NCBI GenBank assembly: GCA_030141605.1
Contig: JAQGDQ010000438.1
Coordinates: 133,186 to 197,185, forward strand
Reading direction: 5' to 3'
Length of the DNA stretch: 64,000 nt
Source: Tubiluchus corallicola
Taxonomy: Eukaryota; Animalia; Priapulida
Program-made: the position numbers and the translations under genes
In this document: piece after piece, positions 38,251 to 51,581 of the stretch
How the letters are laid out: the number at the start of each line of letters is the position of its first letter
Numbering within the stretch: the stretch's first letter is position 1
The notes under the pieces: model-generated
Database searches by the model: none
Told to the model about the DNA's origin: nothing
What the model saw: the letters and a program-made list of their open reading frames with translations, nothing else

Positions 38251-38750
38251 CAGGGGTGTGCAAATTGCGGCCCGCGGGCCACTTGCGGCCTGCCGAGAGA
38301 ATTTGTGCGGCCCGCCAAGAGATTTGTCAACCTAATGAAAGTGCGGCCCAGGCGATTAATTGAGTGTATCCAGCTGAAGTCCGTGCCACGATCCCAAAGA
38401 TAGTGCGGGTAGTTTTTTTCTACTAGATCGGATGCCATTAACCCTTACAAGACGGTTGTAGCTTAATAACACTGTACTACACAGACTGTGTGATACACAT
38501 TACTAATATGCATTGTAATGAAATGACCACTATCTGTCCTGAAAGTAGAAATATATGGTTTGTAATATAAATGTTAATAACTTCTGAAATAGTTTCTTGA
38601 GTGTAATAGTAATGATGTACGCAGGTCGGATGCAACAAATCGTTATTAGGCCTTTCTGTACTCGGCTCCTTGACCAAACTGCCTGTAGCCTGCAGGAATT
38701 GCGGGAAAATTCAATGTGGCCCGGCTAGTCAGATAATTTGCACACCCCTG
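38251..38750 (-). mobile_element. hAT (Charlie-like) MITE, copy 2, complete, 500 bp
   Basis: Perfect 16-bp TIR CAGGGGTGTGCAAATT; perfect 8-bp TSD GTTTAATC (38243-38250, 38751-38758). Confidence 0.93.
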
Positions 38751-39140
38751 GTTTAATCCCCTTGATACGACACATCTCACAACTTTTAATAGCTCTCAGA
38801 AACGTGCCATCAGACTAGCTTAGGAGTTACATACACAAGCTGTGCAGATCCTTCTTCGTAGAATTAGCATTTATGACCTTCTAAAAATGTTCACAAGACA
38901 ATCGATACTAGTTACAATAAATTCATTCAATGTACAAAATTATAAACATTGCTATCTTGTTATCAGCAACAGCAGCAACAATAACAACAATGATGATGAT
39001 GAAGATGATGATAGTAATAAATGCAAAAATAATTTTCAGGTATTTTGGACATTATTCATTTGTTCATTACACACGCCCGTTTGTCAAAACGTAAAAATTT
39101 CTACAACAACAGTAATGCCAATGATAGCAGCTTAGCAAAA

Positions 39141-39428
39141 CATCATCATCATCGTCATCATTTTCATCATCATCATCATTATCATCATCATCATCGTCAT
39201 CATCATCATCATCGTCATCATCATCATCGTCATTATCATCATCATCATCACCATCATCATCATAATCGTCACCATCATCGTCATCATCATCATCGTCATC
39301 ATCATCATCATTTTCATCATCATCATTATCATCCTCATCATCATCATCTTCGTCATCATCATCATCATCATTTTCATCATCATCATCATTTTCATCATCA
39401 TCATCATCACAACCACCGTCATCATCAT
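39141..39428. repeat. (CAT)n microsatellite
   Basis: Seen directly; source of the poly-His ORF. Confidence 0.95.
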
Positions 39429-40119
39429 TTAGCTGTAAAAATTTACCTGTACTTTGCTCTTATCAAACTACCTGTCCAGTTTCTACTGCATAGTGGGTAC
39501 TTACAAATAATGACCCGTCTTTCTGTTTGAATGCAGAAAACCACGAACACTTAATTAGTACAGATGACAATCAAAATAGCCAAATAATGAGATTTTCATC
39601 ATCCAAATGCACTCACTGTCGACAGACGTACTTATCATATTACCGAATTGCCAGATTATTTACTGTATTTACCTTGTTTGCCCATGAGTGATCTGGCTGA
39701 GACTTTGAAACTTACTAAATAACATTGCATACGACTACTTGAAAAGCAAAAGCAACTTGCGTACGAATCATTATCTTGTTACGGGAAAAACAGCTGAGTG
39801 GTCACAATATGCATTCTCCGGCTATTATACTTCAACAACGACAAGTCAAGTTTAATATATATGTATGTGAAAGGCATGCAGTTCAGTAGTAAATTGTTCA
39901 AATCTTTTATCTGCAACGTTTAAAGAAAGTGTATACACGTCTGCGTTGAATTTGAATTTGAATTTAAGGCTTTATTTCAGAATTTCTACCGTATGAAACA
40001 CTAGTTAAAATGTACAAAACACTAGACAGCATTACGCAAAGAAAATTAGTAAAATGCGCTGCTATATACAGCGCATACAATCAGACCAGCCCCCCCCCTC
40101 CCCCGGAATAATTCATTCA

Positions 40120-41470
40120 CATATCCATATTATGAGCACCAGAGGTGGTGGTATATCCATATCATCAGCAACAGAGGTGGTGGTATATCCATATTATCAG
40201 CACCAGGGGTGGTGGTATATCCATATTATCAGCACCAGGGCTGGTGCTATATCCATATCATCAGCACCAGCGATGGCGGTGTATCCATATCATCAGCACC
40301 AGGGATGGCGGTGTATCCATATCATCAGCACCAGGGCTGGTGCTATATCCATATCATCAGCACCAGCGATGGCGGTGTATCCATATCATCAGCACCAGGG
40401 ATGGCGGTATATCCATATTATCAGCACCAGGGCTGGTGCTATATCCATATCATCAGCACCAGGGGTGGTGGTATATACATATCATCAGCACCAGGGCTGG
40501 TGGTATATCCATATTATCAGCACCAGGGCTGGTGCTATATCCATATCATCAGCACCAGCGATGGCGGTGTATCCATATCATCAGCACCAGGGATGGCGGT
40601 GTATCCATATCATCAGCACCAGGGCTGGTGCTATATCCATATCATCAGCACCAGCGATGGCGGTGTATCCATATCATCAGCACCAGGGATGGCGGTATAT
40701 CCATATTATCAGCACCAGGGCTGGTGCTATATCCATATCATCAGCACCAGGGGTGGTGGTATATACATATCATCAGCACCAGGGCTGGTGGTATATCCAT
40801 ATTATCAGCACCAGGGCTGGTGCTATATCCATATCATCAGCACCAGTGATGGCGGTGTATCCATATCATCAGCACCAGGGATGGCGGTATATCCATATTA
40901 TCAGCACCAGGGCTGGTGCTATATCCATATCATCAGCACCAGGGATGGCGGTGTATCCATATCATCAGCACCAGGGAAGGTGGTATATACATATCATCAG
41001 CACCAGGGATGGTGCTATATCCATATCATCAGCACCAGGGATGGCGGTGTATCCATATCATCAGCACCAGGGCTGGTGGTATATCCATATTATCAGCACC
41101 AGGGGTGATGGAATATCCATATCATCAGCACCAGGGGTGGTGCTATATCCATATCATCAGCACCAGGGGTGGTTGTATATACATATCATCAGCACCAGGG
41201 GTGGTGGTTTATACATATCATTAGCACCAGGGGTGGTGGTATATCCACATCATCAGCACCAGGGGTGGTGGTTTATACATATCATTAGCACCAGGGGTGG
41301 TGGTATATACATATCATCAGCACCAGGGGTGGTGATATATCCACATCACCAGCACCAGGGGTGGTGGTGGTATAGCCACATCATCAGCACCAGGGGTGGT
41401 GGTTTATACATATCATTAGCACCAGGGGTGGTGGTATATACATATCATTAGCACCAGGGGTGGTGGTGTA
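40120..41470. repeat. 32-bp minisatellite, about 42 units, 9-unit higher-order repeat
   Basis: Unit ATATCCATATCATCAGCACCAGGGCTGGTGCT; the ATACAT variant recurs 288 bp apart (~40474, ~40762). Confidence 0.96.
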
Positions 41471-42084
41471 TCCAACTATCCATATTACCATCGACATCAT
41501 GTTTTTAGGTTTGGTACAGCTCTCTAGAACTGCAATATCACATCCCTCATGTATATGAGCTTGTGAAGGCAGATTGTATTAATATTTAAACGCTTGTAAT
41601 AAAACTGATAGCACCTAGGATCCACTGGTCGATAGGAAACACGCAGGAAATGCTAATGTAGGAAATCAAATGTCGCTAATATGCTACAACTCGATTTCAG
41701 TGCAAATTCCCAGCAGAAATCAAGTCTATTCGCTTTAATTGAATTTTTGTGGTGCCTTCGTGTGTTTGTTCTTTCGGAAAATTAGGCAGTCGATAAACAG
41801 GTGAGCTAGGACAGGGAATAGCCCATTTGCCTCATTTTGCAGACAGGATAGTAAAGAAGTCATTCTTGTTCAGTACGTCGTGTCGTTTTATAACAAAATT
41901 TTGTCAGTCGAGTTCTCTTTAGCAAGTTAGTAAGATGCGGCAAAGATGTAAGTTTGATTTCTTCGTATTTCATAATATTATTATACATTTTCATTATAGC
42001 AGTTAATTATCCTTTTAACATTTGTTTAGCAGAAAATGTTTTTATTTGCTTCAGACAAAACGAAGTCGAGTCGCACATAATACG

Positions 42085-42222
42085 TCAGTCAGTCAGTCAG
42101 TCAGTCAGTCAGTCAGTCAGTCAGTCAGTCAGTCAGTCAGTCAGTCAGTCAGTCAGTCAGTCAGTCAGTCAGTCAGTCAGTCAGTCAGTCAGTCAGTCAG
42201 TCAGTCAGTCAGTCAGTCAGTC
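42085..42222. repeat. (CAGT)n microsatellite
   Basis: Seen directly. Confidence 0.97.
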
Positions 42223-42635
42223 AAGTCTGTCAAGACGTGATAGTGGTGTTGGAATATGAAGATGATTAGCCATTTTGAGCAATAAAAAAATCATAAATTG
42301 CATCTCAAAGACTGTTGGACTTGTACTTAGCGCATGGCGGCACACCACTGCCCATTTTGACCTAAACTATCTATTTAATTAGTAGCTTGAGTTCATGAGT
42401 GCCTTTTCTAAAAGTTAATGAAGACAATTACAGATGACTGATTTATTGCTGATTAAATTTAAACACAGAGATCACACGCTAATTACGTATAAGATTGTAA
42501 ATAATGTTTTTCTAGTCAAAACAGGTAAAAGGCTTTTTGAAGATACATGTACAGAGAATTTTTTACATTTTGACAAACGGGCGTATGTAATGAATAATGT
42601 CCAAAATAGCTGAAAATTATTTTTGCATTTATTAC

Positions 42636-42646
42636 TATCATCATCA

Positions 42647-42677
<31 letters not shown>

Positions 42678-42741
42678 TGTTGTTGTTGTTGTTGTTGTTG
42701 CTGCTGCTGCTGTTGTTGTTGTTGTTGTTGCTGCTGCTGCT

Positions 42742-42790
<49 letters not shown>

Positions 42791-42870
42791 TTGCTGATGT
42801 TGCTGCTGCTATTGTTGTTGTTGTTGTTGTTGTTGTTGCTGTTGTTGTTGTTGTTGTTGTCGTTTTGTTG
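42636..42870. repeat. Compound (CAT/CGT/GTT/GCT)n microsatellite
   Basis: Seen directly. Confidence 0.96.
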
Positions 42871-43484
42871 TTTTATTCGCACAGAATTTTATACAGCTGA
42901 GATTTTTAGATATAGTACACAATATACATGTATATTTACACTAGATGGCACTGTGATAAAAGGAACTAGTGTGTTTGTTGTGCTATTAGTTTTTTCTCTT
43001 GCAGCTGATGTTAGCAATTTACCACAATACATGAAGCCATAGGTTGATGATATCTTTCTGCAATAATATTATTTCCCAGGGTTTCTCACAATGGTTAGCA
43101 ACTACAATTTTATAGCAGGTAAAATTTCTTTTAAAAAAATAACTTGTTCATTTGTATCCAAGAAAATTTCTTGTTACTGGAGGAAATGCACTCATAAATT
43201 GTCAGTTTTTGCAGTATAATCCACTCCACCGATGGTAATTTGCTTTTGCTAAGCCACCTTCCTACTTACGCGTGTGCGCACGTACGCAGCAGTGCAGCAG
43301 GTAGTTAGTTATAACTGGTCAAAATTACAACTGCGTAGGGTACAATTTTCAGTGCGTTAATCAACGTGTCACATTGACACGTACGCGGGTCCCTAGATAA
43401 TTTACATGAACAGATTATTAAAACGGTTTAAGAGGCATTAGCCACTACGTGGGGTGTTCGCGCTTGCTCGATATCTCAGTGCAT

Positions 43485-44570
43485 CGTCTCGCCTTGCACC
43501 ACCTCGCTGTGTCCCGTGACACGCCTTGCATCACTTACTGTGTACTCTCTCGTCTTGCACCACCTCACTGTGTATTGCCTCGTCTTTGCACAACCTCACC
43601 TGTGTACTGCCTCGTCTTGCAACACCTCGCCGTGTACTGCCTCGCCTTGCAACACCTCACCTGTGTACTGCCTCGTCTTGCACCACCTCACTGTGTACTG
43701 CCTCGCCTTTGCATCACTTACTGTGTACTGCCTCGTCTTGCACCACCTCACTGTGTACTATCTCGTCTTGCACCATCTCACTGTGTATTGCCACGTCTTT
43801 GCACCACCTCACCTGTGTACTGCCTCGCCTTGCACCACTTACTGCGTACTGCCTCGCATTGTACTACCTCACTGTGTACTGCCTCGTCTTGCACCATCTC
43901 ACTGTGTCCTGCCTCGTCTTGCACCACCTCACCTGTGTACTGCCTCGCCTTGCACCACCTCACTGTGTACTGCCTCGCCTTGCACCACTTACTGTGTACT
44001 GCCTCGCATTGTACTACCTCACTGTGTACTGCCTCGTCTTGCACCATCTCACTGTGTACTGCCTCGTCTTGCACCACCTCACTGTGTACTGCCTCGCCTT
44101 GCACCACCTCACTGTGTACTGCCTCGCCTTGCACCACCTCACTGTGTCCTGCCTCGCCTTGCACCACCTCACCTTTGTACTGCCTCGCCTTTGCACCACC
44201 TCACTGTATACTGCCTCGTCTTGCACCATCTCACTGTGTCCTGCCTCGTCTTGCACCACCTCACTGTGTATTGCCTCGGCTTGCCAAACCTCACTGTGTC
44301 CTGCCTCGCTTTTGCACCACCTCACTGTGTACTGCCTCGCCTTTGCACCACCTCACTGTGTACTGCCTCGCCTTGTACCACCTCACCTTTGTACTGCCTC
44401 GCCTTTGCACCACCTCACCTGTGTCCTGCCTCGCCTTTGCACCACCTCACCTTTGTACTGCCTCGCCTTTGCACCACCTCACCTTTGTACTGCGTCGCCT
44501 TTGCACCACCTCACCTGTGTCCTGCCTGGCCTTTGCACCACCTCACTGTGTACTGCCTTGCCTTGCACCT
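43485..44570. repeat. 30-32-bp minisatellite, about 35 units
   Basis: Unit CTGTGTACTGCCTCGTCTTGCACCACCTCA with indel variants. Confidence 0.96.
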
Positions 44571-45200
44571 CGTGAGTGACATTAGTTAAACCGAGTTTAA
44601 AGGAAATAAAGTTAATCTCAATCAGTTAATAGGAGTGAATTAATCTCTGATAGATAAGCAGCAAATAGACTGGTACACTCAGCAAAACAATTAATATAGC
44701 GTTAAGCATGTTTAAGTAATAGCTGTCGCAAGACTAAAATGCACCATGCTCAGCCAGACTTCGCAGTCGAAAATGGAAATCTTCGCACGCGTACCAGTGT
44801 CCTCAATTTTTTAGACACAATGGCTACCGTTCCTCCCGTTTTGTGTAAAGTATATTCAGTAGATGTTCTCACAACCAACTGCGCTGACTAAAGATCTCCC
44901 ACGTTGCTGGGAAAGCAGAGTTTTAAGTCGGCGTATTTAGCTAGCATTGCAACGTTACATCAGGTATGATGAGGTAATGAATTAATATCTGACTTTTGCG
45001 TGCTAAAAGCTCCGCTGCAGCTCCGCCCACATTTACACATATCTCTGTTAATCAGAGACCAGGCTATTATTTGTGTCTATAATATTAATGTTTATAAGGC
45101 ACTGAACTAGTAGGTTAATACTGCTAGTTATTAGCAAATGAAGATGGACTGTTTATAATCTGTACTCCTCTTTTTCGACATCTATTTCCCCAGCCTCTTT

Positions 45201-45540
45201 TAGTCATAAGTCATAAGTCATTTATTTCACATTACACATTTACAATAGTTTCATGTACAATATCTAGTGAAAGGGCCTACAATGAACGTAATACAAATAA
45301 GAAATACTGCACAGGAAAAGCCTCAAACACTGATCACCTATATACGAAGGTAAATGTGTTGCGGGCAATCAAAAAGCAGGGCTTGTTAGATTGTCCCACA
45401 CAGAGAAAGAAAAAAAAGTAATGGAGATAATCTGAAAATTTAAAGTGAATCGTTTGATAAAGAAAAACATTAGTGCTTAAAATGGAATGATGTAATGAAT
45501 GAAGCTCATATATGAGGTGATATAAAAGATAGAAAGACCA
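45201..45540 (-). mobile_element. Crack-like LINE 3'UTR, copy 1
   Basis: Similar to 47910-48240 (TGTTGCGGGCAATCAAAAAGCAGGGCTTGTTA is shared); AATAAA plus (TGACTTA)n tail on minus. Confidence 0.7.
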
Positions 45541-45914
45541 TTATTTGTTAATAGTATGTGAAATTAAGATAACTTGATTAAGATAACACCACTGTTTTGC
45601 AACTTTTAAGATTAATTTTCTAATACGCTGTTCCCCTTTTTGTCCCTTAGCTAGTAAACACTTTACATGTCCTTTATTTTTCTCTTTCGCTTATGTTTGT
45701 CGCTTTCCTTGTTCTGATTTATCGATAACATGCTGGTACACGATTAATGAGTCTGAATTGGTACGGCTAGCTTAATCCGAGCAAATGGGCCGTGCAAGAT
45801 GTCCACTGAACGACACTCAATAACCATTAACAATGAGTAACATTCAAAAGCTTTGAAAAAGTAGCGTACTTTCTTACAATATGGCGCGATCGATAGAAAG
45901 TGAATGAGATTTAA

Positions 45915-46359
45915 CCCTTTCATACCCGTTGTATCCCGTGGTATACGAGAATATTTTCTGCCTTTAAAATTAATAAAATTTTAAAAATGACAGTTATTTG
46001 ATCTGTTAATAGTTATTTTGATTTAAGCCAACAAAAATAGACTAAAAATGGTGATAAAATGGCAAACTAGAAAATCTACATAGCATAAAAAACTGTGCAA
46101 GGTACAGTACTTTAGAGACGACTTTGTACAGATCAGCATAGCATGCATACTAAATGTCTTAAATACTTTAAAAAATTATCAGCAGTTGCAAAATGAAGCA
46201 CATTTTATGCTTCCATTGAATCCCAATGTATCCCGTGGGATACAGGCTATATTTAGCACGCGGGCACAGGTAGAAAAAAAATTATTATGTGTAAACAAGA
46301 TGCACATACTGAACAAAAGTACCAAGCCAAAATTAAAAAATAATTTGGGACTGAAAGGG
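45915..46359 (+). mobile_element. piggyBac-type MITE, copy 4
   Basis: TTAA at 45911-45914 and 46360-46363; intact CCCTTTCA/TGAAAGGG ends. Confidence 0.92.
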
Positions 46360-46620
46360 TTAAAAGGCAAAAATAAAGCCGAAAGTTCTTGAGGCTTATA
46401 CCGCGTGATACACAATCGATAGCTTTGTTCACCCGAGATAATTTTATCACAAACAGGAAATTTTTAGAGAATCATCTTTGAGTGTGCGCAAAGTGTTGAC
46501 AAAGTTGATGTATTTATCTGGTTGGACTTTTAAGTTGTAAAATATGCTAGGCGTATTATTCAATAATGCAGACACAAACTCACAATGTCTAAGGCAATGT
46601 CGGACGCACGAACGAATCTT

Positions 46621-47125
46621 AGTTTTTAGTTTAAACATAATTTATTTAGGATTGGATCAGACAGTTTGAACAACATGATTTAGGATCCTCACCACAACAG
46701 ACTTTACACACTATTTACAAGAACATTTACAGTAAGAATTGACTATACCTACACAAGCTGACAAGTTTTACTAAAAGATTACATTAGACATTAGTAACAT
46801 TTACAGTAAGAATGGACTATACCTACATAAGCTGACAAGTTTTACTACAAGATTACATTAGACATTAGTAACATTTACTGTAAGAATTGACTATACCTAC
46901 ATAAGCTGACAAGTTTTACTAAAATATTACATTAGACATTAGTAATATTTACAGTAAGAATGGACTATACCTACACAAGCTGTCAAGTTTTACTACAAGA
47001 ATACATTAGACATTAGTAGAAAATGACGGTTAGAAAATATTAATGTACGATTATTTAAGACTGATGCATTTTACATCAGATAGAAACTACTGGAAGCGTT
47101 TAGTACGTAATATAAAGTCATGTGA
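46621..47125 (-). mobile_element. CR1-family LINE 3' end, copy 3 (four 74-bp units in 3'UTR)
   Basis: Matches 26064-26402; unit period seen at 46723/46797; TSD-like ACGAACGAAT(A)CTT on both sides. Confidence 0.85.
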
Positions 47126-47638
47126 CATTATACGAACGAATACTTCGCGTAGCATCTGCGATCCCTCCTGTAACTGCTGGGGTTCCATGGAAGCTTCTTT
47201 AGGATTCCAAAATGTTTTGAAAGTTTTCATTTACACAAACGCCTATTTTTTTTAATTTTAACTGACATTTTAACTGAATTTGGTTTTGAAACTGATATGG
47301 AGACTTCTGGATTCTTAAGCTTTTGTAATCCTTAATTCGTTAGCTCCCTGGTTTTGATGGTAGTTAATAACAAGAGAAGAAAAACAACTCGTATCAATTC
47401 TCTGGAGGAAAAACGCTTCGAGAGTATAATTATGTTCATGTAAACACGTGTATTAAGTCAGGTTCACACATGTAAAATGTTGTAAGACAAAGCAATTAAT
47501 AAACAAAATAAATTTGGAGTAATAAACAAAAGAAAATCGTTTGTATTCATGACAAAACCAAAGAAATTCGAAGTTACTAACTCCTCTAACCTTTTTTCGC
47601 TAACGATGCAGAGAGGGAGGGAGAAGGAGGAAGGGGAA

Positions 47639-47809
<171 letters not shown>

Positions 47810-47909
47810 AAAACACCTTGAAAAAAGAGATTTTAGCTTTCATGTACCTATGTCTTTCCACGAAAAGGGCAGTTATCCACGATCACAGTTCACCTTACTT
47901 ACAAAATTT

Positions 47910-48549
47910 AAGTCAGAAGTCATTTATTTCAAATGACACATTTACAATAATTTTACGTACAAAGTATAGTGTAATGAAATCAATACAAACTATTTTTACT
48001 GTTTGTTTCTGAAATTTCTGAACAACAAAAGACCAGATTTGCCTGCATGTAAATGTAAAAATGTTGCGGGCAATCAAAAAGCAGGGCTTGTTAAATTGTC
48101 CAACACTGTGAAAGTAAAAAAAGTAATTAAAAAAATCAAAATTATGAAGTGAATCGTATGATAAAGAAACCATTTAGTGCTTCAGAATGAAATGATATGA
48201 TAAACGAAGCTCCATGGGATGATATAAAAGGTAGAAAGACGTAATATCAGGCATGATGCACGTACACAACTCAAAAAACTGGATTGAGATGCCTGGACTG
48301 TTTTACCTCTACTGCGAGCATGGAGACTCAAAGAATTTTGATTACTCACTTTACTTAAAATTTACTAGCATTTTTAAATCTAGTAATGGATCTGTCATTT
48401 TTTGCAGATTGACAAATCTCATTCCAGACTTTTGGTCCTTGAAATATTATAAAATGCTTAGCTATATTAGTTCTAAAAAGGCACAGTGTATTAATTATAT
48501 CTTGCGTTATTATTATGTCTCTTAGATACCATTTTGACTGGTATTGCAA
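47910..48549 (-). mobile_element. Crack-like LINE 3' end, copy 2
   Basis: FRTNIAKHFIIFQGPKVWNEI..SITRFK peptide followed by the 3'UTR shared with 45201-45540. Confidence 0.72.
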
Positions 48550-49101
48550 AAAAACGTAAGATATAGTCTATTATTGCGTGTAATACATAAATACTGCCAT
48601 ATTTAATTTGATTAAATCATCTTATAGGCTTCATGACTTGGGCTAGATCCTACCCGCTGTGTTTTCAGACAGACACACACGTACACACATCGATGCAGAC
48701 TCAATCAATTACTCTATGGTTGTCTCCCTCCAGTAGAAAAGACAAAAAACTGTTATTTTGTAACTTTGCTTTTCGTACTGTTGATTTCTTAAGGGAATTT
48801 GTCAGAAATGTATGGTGATTGTAAAACAAGTTGCATGATATTATGCAACATTGAATTATTTTAAACAAACAAAATTTCATTATTAATTTAAGCACTAAGC
48901 GTCGAAAAGCTGATCAGTGTGTCATTAGATGAGCTAAAATGTCATGCCGAGAGCAAAAACAGAATAAAATGAAATTAAAAACAAATTAACAAAAGAAGTG
49001 TAGGAAATTAGAACGACACGAAATAAAGTGAGTAAAACAAAACACAAAACAAAACAAAATAATAAAATGGCACAATAAAGAAAAGTTGTTGAACTACTTT
49101 C

Positions 49102-49177
<76 letters not shown>

Positions 49178-49271
49178 GGTAGGTAGGTAGGTAGGTAGGT
49201 AGGTAGGTAGGTAGGTAGGTAGGTAGGTAGGTAGGTAGGTAGGTAGGTAGGTAGGGAAGTAGGTAAGTAGA

Positions 49272-49335
<64 letters not shown>

Positions 49336-49337
49336 CA

Positions 49338-49383
<46 letters not shown>

Positions 49384-49392
49384 TAAGTAAGT
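49102..49392. repeat. Compound (AGTA/GGTA/AGCA)n microsatellite
   Basis: Seen directly. Confidence 0.97.
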
Positions 49393-49769
49393 TATTTTAT
49401 TTCAAACACGAAGTTCATAAACATATTTACAGTAAAGAGTTAAAATTAAGAAAATTTTAAGAAACAGTTAATAAAATAAATATTATTTACAAGTTAGAAT
49501 TTTTGTTAAAATGCATCGAATCACGTATACAACGTTAATCGCCATAGCTTACGTATTTTTGATGTAACTTGAACACCTGAATTCATTAAACAGAATTAAT
49601 CAACGTGTCATTTTTTAAAATAACAACATTTTGATAAGAAAGCCACAAAAATCATTAGATACTATATACTTAATCAATCAATCAAATTAACTTGTCGCTA
49701 CTCAACAGCTGTGACAAGCTACAATATGAAACGGTTTGTGTTCAGCAAAAATTAACCTAGCGGCTAATG

Positions 49770-49862
49770 AGTTGAAGAAACAAAACTGCATGCAGGCCTG
49801 GGCTTGAACCCGAGACCTGGCGATCAGAACCTGCATGCTCAAATCACCTACTGCTGGCACAG
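49770..49862 (-). mobile_element. Degenerate tRNA-derived SINE head
   Basis: Minus strand AGGTCTCGGGTTCAAGCCCAGG is a B-box/T-arm; no intact cloverleaf. Confidence 0.45.
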
Positions 49863-50051
49863 TGGATGATATTAACATGAACAGAAAATTGAGGCGAAAA
49901 AACACTAGGGGTACCTTATAATAGGGTTACTTGAGACAAAACTGTTGGCAGCGTTTATAAAGTAATCCTGTTGGCTCAAGTAACCTAATTATACGGTCTG
50001 GTTTATGTTAGAATTGGTGCTACTATGCAGCGGTTGTTCTACAGTGGATTC

Positions 50052-50197
50052 AGACGGTTTAGTCTAGTGATAACCTGTCCGTTTTCCGTCTGGGAGGTCG
50101 TGAGTTCGATGCAGCGGCCGGGTAATAACAAAGACTTTAAAAATTGTATTTGCTGTTGCCCTGCCTGCCGCGTAGTATTTAGGGCAAAAGTTGGGTT
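50052..50197 (+). mobile_element. tRNA-headed SINE with Meta-type central domain (MetaSINE-like), degenerate
   Basis: A-box-like TAGTCTAGTGA, B-box GAGTTCGATGC, then GGCCGGGTAATAACAAAGACTTTAAAAATTGTATTTGCTGTTGCCCTGC resembling the Meta core. Confidence 0.65.
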
Positions 50198-50293
50198 AGT
50201 AATAGTCTCTGTTATGTAGTTGTAAATTGTTATTTACAGTCGGGAAAGGTTCTTTAGAGCTTATGTTAACTGTTCATCTTTAAATAGAGTTTA

Positions 50294-50323
50294 TTGTTGT
50301 TGTTGTTGTTGTTGCTGTTGTTG

Positions 50324-50362
<39 letters not shown>

Positions 50363-50450
50363 GGTGGTGGTGGTGGTGGTGGTGGTGGTGGTTATGGTGG
50401 TGGTTGTGATTGTGGTTGTCGTTGTCGTCGTCGTTATCGTTATCGTTATT
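50294..50450. repeat. (GTT/GGT/CGT)n microsatellite
   Basis: Seen directly. Confidence 0.95.
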
Positions 50451-50505
50451 ACTACTATACCGATGTTTGTAGCTTTGCTGTTACCACCACTGCTGCTGCT
50501 GCCCC

Positions 50506-50981
50506 TTACTTCACACTGTTCAGTTAACGTGAAGAGACAATTGTTTAATGCTCACTGCACTAGTTTTTCTTATATGTCCACTTGGAGACATTTTTATTCT
50601 TACAATCTTATCAAACTCAAGGCTGCATATAATGTATCAACACAGAAGCTATTTAACTTTTCATATGATACGAGCGCAAGATATATTTCTACTAGACTTA
50701 ATATTATTTATTTTGATGTGATTCACAGAAAATATGCATACAGTTTACACGTCAGGCTGAATAAGAGTGAAAATTTTATATGCAAGAACATTTTAAACAG
50801 TGATGCAAACTTTACTTCTGTAATTAGACGTCATTGGCGCAGTTTGTTATATCGTTAATTGTTATTTGTGTTATTGTTGTGTGTCATGATTGATTGTATT
50901 ATTTGTATTAATTTGTGATGTGTATATGAACTTTGTAAAGTTTGAAGTAAAAAATTAAATCAAAAATGAAATCAAAAAATC
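50506..50981 (+). mobile_element. Proto2-like LINE 3' end, second copy
   Basis: Near-identical to 9960-10427; open frame SVNVKRQLF..RRHWRSLLYR* to 50858; (AAATC)-type tail. Confidence 0.85.
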
Positions 50982-51315
50982 ACAATGTAGCATGTTGAGC
51001 TTTGCATGTGCTTAGATCCTACCCCTGTTAGTATCATCCTGTTTTAGGTGAACAACGATAATCACGTCATCATCATCACCATGTCATACTTTTCCAGCCG
51101 CCTCTTATTATCTTGCCCAAGTATAAGGGTAATTTCCGTGTTTTGTTGTTCTGGATGATTGGAACAAAATGGTTCTCAAAGGCGTACTGGCGGCCTGGCG
51201 ATCACTAGAAGTAAAATGGCTTCATCTGGAGCTTGGCTGCCTAATCGGTAGCTCAGTGTGCAGAAAAGTTTGCTCGTCGAGAAAAGAATGATTAAAATCA
51301 AGGTCAATGCCTTTA

Positions 51316-51581
51316 TGTAGGTTGCGGATTCGGATACGTTTTGTGGGTCGCGGAATAGATAAAATCGCCTTTTATTGTTTTTAAAGCATCCGTTTATGCA
51401 TACTGCGAGTATGCGCTATTCTTTTTTCTGCTGCTATTTCCTATTAATTTTTTTCCGCAAGCTATTCCGCAACATTTCTGCAGGTGGAAAACTCATCCGC
51501 AGATGGAAAACGCATCCGCAGTTGAAAACTCATCCGCAGCTGGAAAACTCATCCGCATGGAGAACTCATCCGCATCTTACA
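51316..51581. mobile_element. Small TIR element with ~20-bp subterminal repeats
   Basis: TA|TGTAGGTTGCGGA ... TCCGCATCTTACA|TA; five GGAAAACTCATCCGCA-like repeats at the right end. Confidence 0.65.

Noticed and set aside
40054-41451. 465-aa ORF and overlapping ORFs in other + frames
   Set aside because: A 32-bp unit with no stop in any frame; the peptide cycles through all three frames of the same repeat, with no domain or unique coding flank.
40120-41470. CRISPR-like array (32-bp palindromic repeats)
   Set aside because: Units are head-to-tail without unique spacers, there are no cas genes, and the context is eukaryotic.
43449-44589. Three overlapping Cys/His-rich ORFs of about 350-376 aa
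   Set aside because: 30-32-bp minisatellite with frequent indels; all frames are equally open, so there is no frame selection.
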